From NCBI GenBank assembly GCA_051362555.1, contig CM120644.1:9246954-9310953 (forward strand): a stretch of 64,000 bases of DNA, in the 5' to 3' direction. Shown piece by piece: positions 50,766 to 61,788 of the stretch; position 1 is the first letter of the stretch; each line of letters starts with the position of its first letter. The translations under genes and the position numbers were made by a program. Under the pieces are notes generated by a model. The model worked only from the letters and a program-made list of their open reading frames with translations. It was not told where the DNA came from and did no database searches. The stretch comes from Lingula anatina (lineage: Eukaryota > Animalia > Brachiopoda).

Positions 50766-51145
50766 CTACATTAAATTTTATCAGCTAAATTTTCAAAAAT
50801 TTAAATAGGTTCGTATGCAAAAGATATCTGGTAAAAACAAAAAGAAGAAGCGTACAGCTGTTCAGGTTGTCATAAAGGGGCTTTAACCCATGCTGCAGTG
50901 GAAGGAAAACAATTTATTCTTTGACTTATCTGGAGTTTCCACTCTTCCTCCCAAATAAACATAAAGACATCAGGTGAAATGAGACAAACAGCAATTGTCC
51001 ATGATTCTGGTGTTCTACTCATTATGGTAAAATCCATCTCATCTACTTTGATATATTTTATATTTCATATCCTTGCCCCCCCCCTACCTCCACCCCGTGG
51101 TGACCACCTTTAGCAAAATCCTGGACCTACCAATGCCTAGATATA

Positions 51146-52380
51146 TAGACTTGTATTTAATATGGGATATTTTAGTTTCAAAGTTATACCGAGGTAAAAT
51201 GCATACTTTTTTCGAAAACCTTAAATCTCATAAAAGATATGCGTATGAATGAAGTGTGCAGTCCGGTGTATCTCTGCCAATTAACTGACTACCATGTCTG
51301 TTGCACTGCTGCATTGTTTAATATGCAGTGACTTAATTGATTAGTACTCCTTTGGGCTGGCCAAAGGCGAAGCATGGTTCTGTCAAAGAAAGTATTCATG
51401 TATCGGCAACTAGAGCAAATAAGAATTTGAAATTTTACATGCCAGCGGACGGTTTTGCGGTGTATAAAATGAGTTAAGCAGTGTTTCACAAAATTGTTAA
51501 GCTGGTTCAGAATGGCGCTAAAAAGATATATACTGTTTGACAGATTACTGTGTCACACGGAACGATTCGCACGGTTTTAAAGAGTTATGCCCTGACTGAT
51601 GTGCCTACACAGAGGTCACTCCCAGTGTATCGAAATTTTACCACTAGGGTACAAGGCCACTGTTCTTCCGGATATGCTGCTGCAACTAAACAAAAAAAAC
51701 ATCCAGTCCATTGGGGAACAGCTTGACTATCATTTGATTGGGGCCACCTTAGGAACAATTTAAGGTTGCACGATCAGATTGTAAGTTTACACAGAGCACT
51801 TTTAATAGCAGATAACTTACAGAACCAAGGGAATAATCAGCTACCTTGGTCATCGAAATCACCATATTTGAACCACATAGTCAATATTTGGGTAGGTCAT
51901 TACTCGCCGAATGAACAGCCGACCTGTCCAACAACAAAACTGAACCAAATTGAACAAATGTTGACCAATGCCTGGAATGTTAACGTTATTCCAGTTATTC
52001 CAGATTAAAATCTAAAAAGCTATCCCAAGAAATGCCTTGTAGTTTGAGAGCCCTGGTAGCAGCCACATGAGGTCAGATGTAACAGCGACCGTTCCTGTGA
52101 CTAGACACTAACATCAGGGTCATCTGTGGGGCATATAACTCTTTAACCGATGATGATTTGGAAAATATGGAGATCCAAAATGTCACTTTTAATAGTTGAC
52201 TTAAAATAGGAAAAGTATTTTTGTTTGCTTCACTAGCAAATTCATTTAATGACATCAGAGAGATTATTAAAATTTATTTAAACAATAATTTAATCCTTGT
52301 TTTCACTTTTCTGCTAGCAAAATAGGAAAAACTGAACGACAATGATTGGGAAAAACATTCCATATTAAATTTCAAGTCTG
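51146..52380 (+). mobile_element. Degenerate Tc1/mariner element
   Basis: TIR (C/T)AGACTTG..ATTTAATATGG / CCATATTAAATTTCAAGTCTG, preceded by TA. The internal relic LPWSSKSPYLNHIVNIW matches the Tc1 WPxxSPDLNPIENxW motif. Empty site at ~59865 upstream of G6. Confidence 0.82.
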
Positions 52381-54985
52381 CATTAACAGTGAGTGCTACG
52401 GGATAAGCTTTTATGCTGCAACGTGAATGTTGTTTGGAAGAGCCACCTGTGCTGCAAACAAATAAACATCTGAAAATGGACACAGGATTTGATAGCACTC
52501 GGTGCAAAGTTTAAGAGACTGTTATTTTATTGTATCATTTATTGTGAAATATTATTTAATTATTTTACGCTTAAAAACTAGGAGTGATGAATTACAATTC
52601 ATCCAGGTGTACATGACAGCCAGCGTCAAGGTGAGCTTATCATATAAAATATGTGTTAAAGCAAACCTATGTATGTGACATGTGACGCTGTAACGTGACA
52701 CAGCCACATGTGCTAACTGATTTTTTCATGTAACTCTCAACGGGCTGCGGTCTTCAAAGAAATTAAAAAAAAATAATACGAAGCCTAAAAAACACCACCT
52801 GTAAATTTTAAAAGAACGATTTTGGATTTTCAACTATTATCCAGCAGCTTTACCCTTATTTACGACGAGAAGCGGATACCGACACAACCAGGTGTTCAAT
52901 GCCTCCAATGTCAATGTGAAATGGCTCCCCTTAGAATAATATCAGGACTGCTGCAAAGTTTGCTGCAAAATAGCTCCATATAGTGCTAACATTACGATAT
53001 ACTTTTGCTTACATATATTAAGGGCATACTGACCCGACCAACTTGAGTATAATTATGAATTTGAGCAAAACAATAACGTAATGGTAGCACTAGGAAAATA
53101 AATACTTTATAGCATAAAGTTAGTTATTGTCACCCTTACACCAAACAGACTTAACCAATGGCCTGTACATGTAAGTAACCTCTACAAATTTGACACTAAT
53201 ATTATGCTCGGTTGTGTAATGCAGTCAGGGTCAAGGTGAAATTTTTCATAACATAACACGTAAACATGTACTGCTATGTTAGTTCTGAAATGAAAATAAA
53301 AAACAAGCTGGCTCCATTTACAATTTAACAATGGTTCAGCTGTTCAGTTAAGTGTGAAAAAAGAGGGGATTTATATACGAAAGGTAGCCGGTAAAACGCA
53401 GACACTAGTGATCGACTTACGTCTGTTAGAGGGAGGGGCAGGAGCTGGCCCAATTGTATGAGAGGAGAAACAGTCATTTCAGATGGTGAATTATTTGAAT
53501 AATCTGGAGCACTCCTTACCATTCAAAATATACATAAGGATCACGTGCAAAACGGGATTAGCACAAAGCGATTTGTTTCATCCTGGTGTTTTATTCATTA
53601 TAGTTAAACTTTAGCTACTGTGAAATAATTTATATTTTTTATTCCTTATCCTTGGTCTCTCCTCTGCCCCACTCCCCCATAGCAAAACCACCAGCTGATG
53701 CCTTGATACATGTGTGTAGAGTAAAGATATAACAGTTATGCTGCAACGTATACGTAACACCAGTGGTAATAGTTGTCTGGATAAACCACGTGTGCTTACC
53801 TGTATATGTACTTGTTTTTACGTCTTGAATAAATTTGAGATGTGTAAAAATTAACGTATTGAAATGAGTCATTGTTGATTTTAAAATAATTTTTTATGGG
53901 GGGGGGGGGGCTAAATATTATTCAACTGTTTTACCCTTAGCTAGCTATACGTACAGCTAAGAAACCGATCACGGTACATCGTTTTAACGTTGTCTACGCA
54001 GAGACAAAGTTCAAATGACACGAGAAAAGAGGTCAATGAAAAAAGAAAAACATGATACGAGAAAAAAGGGGGTATCACTTAAATATACAAGTGAAGACAT
54101 CTCTTTTGAATACTTTATAACTACCTGGGGCTTACACAAAGACTTGTGATCACGAAGTAGAAAACAAACAAATCCATTAGGTATAGTAGATTAATGTTTG
54201 CTAATATATTATCATTTTCTGTTTTGTTTTGTTTTGTTTTTATCCTTGCATCCCCTCCCCTCTGCATTTTCCTTGTTCTCCCAATGCCCTGATAAACAAT
54301 GGGGAGGTAAATTAAATGATGCAATGTGACAGTTGTCTGGGTCAGCCAGTAGCTAGGACCAAACATTTTTATCGAGGGAAAGCTGTGACTGTGATAAGGC
54401 GTATTGATATATGATACATTTAATAGCTTTCCATAAGACATGCAGGAATAACGTAGAAATCACCGTCAGGTTAAGGGTGTCCGTAAGAGAACTGCTGACG
54501 GCAATGTAGCCCTTCCGTGATCTAGCTATATCTACAGTAGTCCCCGTATCACCAACGCTAGGATTAACCGCCCTTCCACTATATAGCTAAAGAACAAGAA
54601 ACGTCTTTAAAGGCAAAAGTACGGGACAGGCATCTGATCCTTCTTCCGAGAGAATAATTGGTCAACCGCAAAATATTTTTACTATAAAGTGTACTTCAAC
54701 TGTCTAAATGGACACAAAAAATGTAAATGTAAATAAATACATTTTAGTAACAGATTACCATGGGCCACCGCATTCCACTCTGTATTTAATACTTGTCACC
54801 AGCAGATTAGTAATTTTGTACGTGTCATGGTATACAGTACTGGTCAAAATATTGTCCCGTTCCCAATTCCATGTACTTTTATATCCAGATGATAACCTCA
54901 TGGGTGTTAATTGTTACAAACAGTGTTTTTTGTTCCGTTTACCACATCTAACATGCTTAATGGTTCAGAAAATACCAAATAGCGG

Positions 54986-54988
<3 letters not shown>

Positions 54989-55062
<74 letters not shown>
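54989..55062. repeat. (AT)n microsatellite
   Basis: Read directly. Confidence 0.95.
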
Positions 55063-55064
<2 letters not shown>

Positions 55065-55399
55065 CGTTTATTCAATTTCTGATGCACACCCTCATATCCG
55101 GTGTTTCTCTGTGATTTCCTACAGCATGAATTTGTCTAGCAAATATAATGATAATAAGCTTCTTATTTTGGCGCCTTACATACTACCTCAAGGCGTCTTA
55201 CAATTGGTAATGTTACTTAAATATTTAAAATTAATACAATACTCTCATCGGAACCATTTAAAATTAACACTACTAAAAACTCAATTTTATTAAAATATAT
55301 ATAAAAATGAAGAGCAATAGGCAGATTTTAAAAATGTAGGTCTTTAGAAGGGATTTAAAATTGTCAAAGTATTCTGCTGTTCTAATAGAATTTGGTTAA

Positions 55400-56313
55400 A
55401 GCCTGGGTCACACTGCGCTTGCAACCTTTTGGCAACTTCTTTGCAAGGAGGTTGCCAAAGGTTTTAAAGTGGTCGCATAAGGTTGCTAACAGGTCGCCTG
55501 CGATCGTTGACACATGAAACTACAATTAAGATAATTAATTGTATTTATGTAGCAAATGGTTTGTTTTAGTGGTGGTATTTACTTTTTGGTAATACATCAA
55601 CGTTTTGTTTATAGGAAATTAGTCTTAGTTTTGGTCTTGTGTCTGCACATTTTGACCTAAAGTAGTCGACCAAGGCAAGGTGATAACAGATGTCCAGGGT
55701 TAAGGAATGTCTTAGCTGCTGTGTATCTAGGCACACCCATTTATATTTTATGAAAGATGTTTATAGTTCTTAATTAATCCTGGTTACACTCATTAGCATA
55801 CTTTATTATTTTTATATTATGGCACTTATATAGTTTGGGGGATGTTTGTTTATCTCCCCAGTTTTGTAACTTTGTATCTTATTAGTTTTCGTCATTAATA
55901 AATGACAATTTTCAGTCATATGGATTTTATCTTATTTAATTTGGAGCAAAAACAGAGCTTCGTTGTGCTTGTGAACATTTGGCTACATAAAGGCCATTTT
56001 TTGTGCACCGACAACCAGTGCGACTAAAGATGAAAATTATCGGTATCCTAAAGGTTGCCTATCGGTCTCTTCTTGGTTGTCAGTAGGTTGCTATAACGAG
56101 TAGCATACCATTTGCAACTGCACGGTCGATTGACAGTATTTAGTCGACTAGTCGCTTACAAGTTTTTTACCAGTCGCAAGTAGTCGGCAGCAGGTCGCTA
56201 GAAGGTTGCAGTTGTAACTGCATGGTCGATTGACGGTCTTTAGTCTCTTGGTCGCTAACAGGTTTTTTACCGATCGCAGGCGTTCAAAAATATGTCGCAG
56301 GAAGGTTGCAAGC
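55400..56313. mobile_element. Harbinger/ISL2EU-like non-autonomous element with a nested fragment; right end eroded
   Basis: Left end AGCCTGGGTCACACTGCGCTTGCAACC and right remnant GGTTGCAAGC, with many GGTCGC/GGTTGC subterminal repeats. It is interrupted at ~55517 by the repeat also seen at 32107. Confidence 0.55.
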
Positions 56314-56656
56314 AACTGCAATAAAATAGGCGTAGGATGGTGGTCTATTTGGGCAAAGACTTTTTCATAATTTGTTATGTAAGCCTTCTAAACATCAAGG
56401 TCATAAATTGAAATATTTTAGAAAAATAAAACATAAATTGCATTTGTTGGCAATATTTTATACCAATTGCCAAGGCTTTCATATACCAGGTATTTCACAC
56501 GAAACAAAAAAAATGTGATGCTAAAAGCAATGTTCGATTTTTTGACGCTACATTTATTTATTTTATCATTTTGCGAAAATCATAGGTAAAAAAACTCAAT
56601 TTCATTTCATTCACAGCATAATTATTTGTGTTGATTTTTTCACTTCAGAGTTGAAA

Positions 56657-57948
56657 CTGGATCTAAGAGATATTTTACTTCTCTGTGCAAGTTTGCTGGT
56701 CGCTGCACCCTCAATATGCCAAGGAGCGTGTTCCATCAATCCTAACTGCTCTGACTGTGCCAATAATACCGAGGAAGGTCAGACAAAATGGGGATTCTAC
56801 TGCAACCCTTACAGTGGGTCTTATATAGATTCTTCTCACTTTATGGCTACCAACGATACGGTTGATGTATTTCGTGTTATTTTTTCTTCATCTCGTTTAA
56901 CATTTACCATCAACAATGGATCTTTCGAAAACATCCCTAGTATTTTACGTATGGATTTGAGAGCAATTACGAAATGACGCTTTCCATAAGTCCATTGGCT
57001 TTCTCTCACGGTGCGCAGAACAACATGCGATCTTTGTTCTTGCGAGACTCAGACCTTACCACCATACCTTCAGCCCTAAGGTACCTAACTGCTCTGCAGG
57101 AACTTGACCTTAGCTACAACAAAATAACTGGTGATCCGGCAAACTATCTTAGTCACCTGACTTCGCTCCGGTTGCTAATGCTTGACAACAACCGTCTATT
57201 GAGTAGTATTCCAACATCATTGGAGCCCCTACCCAATCTCCGGAAATTGTCCCTTGCAAGCTGCGCCCTCAACCAGAGTTCTGTAGCGTCATTTGACAAG
57301 CTGCCCACTTCATTAGAGTGGCTAAACGTTCAGGATAATAGACTGTATGCTGTGCCTCCGGGAATTGGATTGCTTCGAAATCTGACCTATCTTACTATGA
57401 GATCCTGTAGTCTGAACTCTTTGTCGGCCAACGTCTCCATCAATCTAAACAAGTTGGAGTTCCTAGATCTAAGTGAAAATCCAAGTATTGTTCCCACTCT
57501 CGAGGTTCTTGTCCATTTGAAGTCCTTGAAGATTCTTAGACTTTCCAATATGGGTTGTTCTTTAACACACATACCTGATGCAATATCAGGGATGTCAAAA
57601 TTGATAGAACTTAACTTACGCAATAATGGAATACAAGAGATAAATCAAAACCAATTTGCTAAAATGGTTCAGTTAAGGAGACTCAATCTGGCCTATAATA
57701 AATTATTTTCTATTGACCTGCAATCGTTCCAAAATTGTGTCCAACTGGAGGAATTAGACGTAAGTGATAATCTTATACACGAAGTGAGCCAGATCATTTT
57801 TCTTCCTCAATCCATAAGGAAGCTTCAATTGTATGAAACTAAATCCGACACTTTTGACAAGTGTACCGTTGCAAACTTTCTGGCACATTTTCAGAACTCC
57901 TACATGTACATTTCAGGCGGTCGTTTAACTTGTGATTGTCGCTTGGCC
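56657..57948 (+). pseudogene. G5: LRR receptor pseudogene (start codon lost, frameshifted, 3'-truncated)
   Basis: The ATG-equivalent codon is CTG (56657). A 1-nt deletion near 56970 splits the frame into ORFs 56651-56977 and 56974-58212. Homology stops inside the LRRCT (CDCRLA) at 57948, where a TIR element begins. No stalk, TM or tail follows. Confidence 0.88.
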
Positions 57949-58231
57949 GTCGTTTCCAAAGCTGTAATTAATTCTCGGCTGCGCTCGGAGGAGGTTCTGA
58001 CGCCTGGACGCATGCACAGTTGTATCTCTAAATTGTTGATTTCGTCAGTTTGCACTCATATCTGTCGTGTGTTTATGGACCTCATCTTCTTCGTCTTGTT
58101 GCTGCACAAAATCGACAAACACATTTTTCACAGCAACCGCGACCGTCATTTTCTTTTTCCCTGCGCATGCGTCCCATGTATCAGAATTTCCCCAAGTGCA
58201 ACCGAGATTTAATTACAGCTTTGGAAGTAAC
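57949..58231. mobile_element. ~280-bp MITE at the truncation point of G5
   Basis: ~40-bp imperfect TIR gtcgtttccaaagctgtaattaattctcggctgcgctcgg / ccaagtgcaaccgagatttaattacagctttggaagtaac. Confidence 0.8.
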
Positions 58232-59363
58232 TCGCTCGCTCTGCTAGTTAATTACGCCCGGGGTAATCAGGGCATAGACTGTGATCACTAGATACCGCCA
58301 ATGGATTTTTAGGTTTTTAGAATTTAGATTTTCATGTAAACGCAGCCTTAAAGCTCTTTTATGGCTGATCGAGTGATGAATTTGGTTTATTTATTGGGGC
58401 ATGTCGACTTTATTCGATCGCGAGTCGCATAAGAAACTAGTTGAAGTGGTGGTTTAAACACGTTAAAGGGAATCCAGGCTTCACCGACGCTCGCTTCAGA
58501 GCAGTGAGACTATCTAAACTTGAATACAAAGCGGTTGTAGTTGGAAATGATACATAAAAATAGCACTTTCACAACACCAAACACTCCAAATAAACAAGAC
58601 CCATTTCAATTCAACATCTAACACGCGCCCACTACGTAGAAATAAAGTACTCAAAATTGCATTTATATCCCGCGATTGTAACATACCTTGCGTGTCACGT
58701 GACTAAGATAGAAACATATGGATGAACGGGCGGGAAGAAAACTAACGTTGCGAAAAAAAAAACTTTTAAGCACTTAAGTGGGGGAAAAAGAAGAAGGGAA
58801 CAAGACACAAAACTCGAACGATTAAAAATAATTATAAAAGATAGGACAATGGCACGTCAACAGAAGTAAATAAGACGTTAAACGTTTGGAAACCTTGCAC
58901 TGAGACAACATGGAATGATGAAATGACAACACCGGTTTGTTCTGGTTAGGTAGCCCTGAAAGTATAAGTAGTAAAAGTTGCGCTCGCAGTGAATGAATTG
59001 TGAGCGCGCAAGACGTTTTCGGAGACAGCAGAGGAGATCCAGGATTATTTGAAGGGGGTCAGGTTTTTAGGAATGAAAGGCTGCGAATACAAAAGCAGCG
59101 AATGTGTTCTGGCAGCACTGTGTATGAAAAAAAGGCGGATTGAGTAAGGGGACACCCCCTATGCCTCAATACCTTATCACCATGCACCTTCTACGCAGAC
59201 TGGTAGGAATACTAGTGAACGCTTGACCTGCCTGCTGTAAACTGATTTTCAACGTTTCTTACTCTTTTGAAAAGAACCACGTGTTTAGCTAAAGAATTTC
59301 CCTACCTTTACAGGACAAAATACTCTTTGCAAAAGAATCTTCAGAAATAAAAAGGTAGACGCT

Positions 59364-59472
59364 TGAATAGAAAAGCTAAAAAAAAACATCTAGTGAAAAG
59401 CACATTTTGTGCGACATTACTTCCTTGTTCAACTCATTGCCAAGACTGGAGGCCATAACCTATCAGGTAAGT
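59364..59472 (+). promoter_or_regulatory. Class B promoter and first exon of G6; donor at 59467
   Basis: Same conserved block and CAG|GTAAGT. Confidence 0.6.
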
Positions 59473-61788
59473 CTATATAAAATTTTATCAGCTAAATTGT
59501 CAAAAATTTACAGATGTTCGAATGCAAAACACATCAGGTTGAACACAAAAACAAGAAGCGTACATCTGTTCAGGTTATCAAGGGGCTTTAACTGAGGGAA
59601 GAAAAACAGTTGTGTAAAAGACACTGTGTTAATATTTGACTAATCTGGAGCACCCACTTTCCCAACCAAATATACACATAAAGACAACGGGCGAAATGAG
59701 GCAAAACACAATTTGTCAATAATTATAGTGTTCTGCACGTTACGGTTAAACTCATCTCATCTACTGTGTTATCTTGTCTATTTCTTATCCTCGTTCCCTC
59801 CCCTTCCGACTCTCCCCCCAGTGGCCCCCTTCAGCAAAATCCTTGACCCACCTGTGCCCTGGTATATATGTACTGTGAGTTTTACTGGATAATCCTTTAT
59901 GCTGCAACGTGAATGTTGTTTGTAAGAGCCACCTCTACTTACTTTATTTACCTCTTGGTAACATATTAACATTTGAAAATTAAAAAATAAAGCTTCTGAT
60001 AGCACTCAGTGTAAATTTTAGGAGAATGTTTTTTGTTTGTTTGATTGTTTTGGTATAAAATTTATTCATCTATTTTACACTTATATAACGTCGTGGAGGT
60101 TTTGACAGCACCCAGTGTTCATTATAAGATTTTTCTTATTTGTAAAATAATATATTCAACTATTTTTCACTTATATAACACCGAGGAGCGGCTAACAATA
60201 CATAAGGTGTGCAATACAGCCAGCATCAAGGTGAAATAATACTTAACATATCACGTAAACAGCTGTGTTAGCCCTGAAATGAAAATAAAAACACTCTCCC
60301 TCCATATACGTGTTAACAATGGTTCTACTGTTAAATTCAGCTGTAAAAAATCAGAGGGATGTATACAAAAGGTAGCTGGCAAAAAAACAAAAAATTGAGA
60401 CATACGTCTATATTAAAGGTGAAGGGATTACCCATATTGCATCTGAAGGAAAACAGTCGTTTAAAAACACAGTTGATTATTTGACCTTTCTGGAGCATCC
60501 AGTCTCCCTCCAAATTTTACATCGAGTCAACAGGCGCAATGGGTTATCATTAGAACCTAGTTTGCGGGGTTGGTGTACAATTCAAAAGAGAAATCAAACC
60601 TTAAAGCACAAAAAACGAGCAACCGAATGTATATCATGATTAGGGGGGTAAGGGAAAATTATGATGTGTAGGTGACCACCCTGAAACCTAGGTAGCAATT
60701 GTTTTATACCAAAAGAAACAATAAAAACCAAGAACTTTTTCATGTATCAAACACATCATGCAGAGGAAGTATATTCAGTGAGTAAAGTAAATGATTTTGC
60801 TCTAATTAAGACAAATTTTAGCTATACTAGTTAGACAGGTTTTACTTTGATATTTTTGGATTAAAAATAAAGGAATATAATTTTCTGAAGTTTTGGTACA
60901 TAACAAGGGACAAATACCATGGAAAACATGCAAAAAATGCTAAAACCAGTAATTTCCGGATATCGCAAATTTTAGAGGGTAAATACTGGGGTACAGGGGA
61001 TTGGGAGGTTAAATTTTTTTGCCGTTTAGACCATTACATAATTTCGGGGGGGGGGGGGGAGGGGTAAGGCAAAAAGTTGGTATTATCACACACACACACA
61101 CACACACACCCATCATAAGTAGTAGTAGTATGTTTTACATATAGCGGTTACAACCCGTGATCAGAAAAGAACTTTTAAATGGTGAAATCTAATCGGGTAA
61201 ATGAGTGTTCAATATATAAAGAAGCACGAAAACGGAGGCCACGGAGCATGAGGGTTTAACTATTGTGCATGCCAAGACTCCTAGCTTGCTAAAAGTCGAA
61301 CATATTAACCAGTTTAAGTTCTATAAAAAGTTACCACTTAAACATCCTCAAGAAATCTGAATAAACAAGATCTAGATCTTATGGAGGTGCTGTTTGGAAA
61401 AAAAAACTTCCTACACTTCATCTTACTCGATTGTGCCATGTGCATATTTTAAATTATATAACGCGATCCTTAAAAATGTACTACTTGGCCTCATGATGGG
61501 GTTGGTGGGGGGGGGGGGGGTAATACAAGCTTTTGTTCTACAACCCAATAGTGTATATGGGTCTAAATTTTTTATATATTTTTGTGCCTTGGCGTTCAAT
61601 CACAAATAGGTCTTGTTTTTAAAATTATTGAGTATATGGAATTGATATTTTGTGCATAAGTGCCTCCTAAAACAGTTTCAAAACTGTCAGTTCTGTTTAA
61701 TACAAACGGCTTGCATTTGTTCCCCTTTTTCACTCGCTGCATAATAATTTGTGTTGGTATTTCAATTTTTTCACTTCAGCGTAACAAA

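Noticed and set aside
54460-54600. Possible structured RNA or ribozyme (ccgtcag...ctgacgg stem)
   Set aside because: Only one short stem is visible and I recognise no hammerhead, HDV or twister core. An Infernal/Rfam search would be needed.
61660-61788. 43-aa N-terminal extension of G6 in the ORF track
   Set aside because: It starts at a GTG and runs through the polypyrimidine tract and acceptor. All paralogs start at the MVP ATG, which begins the signal peptide.
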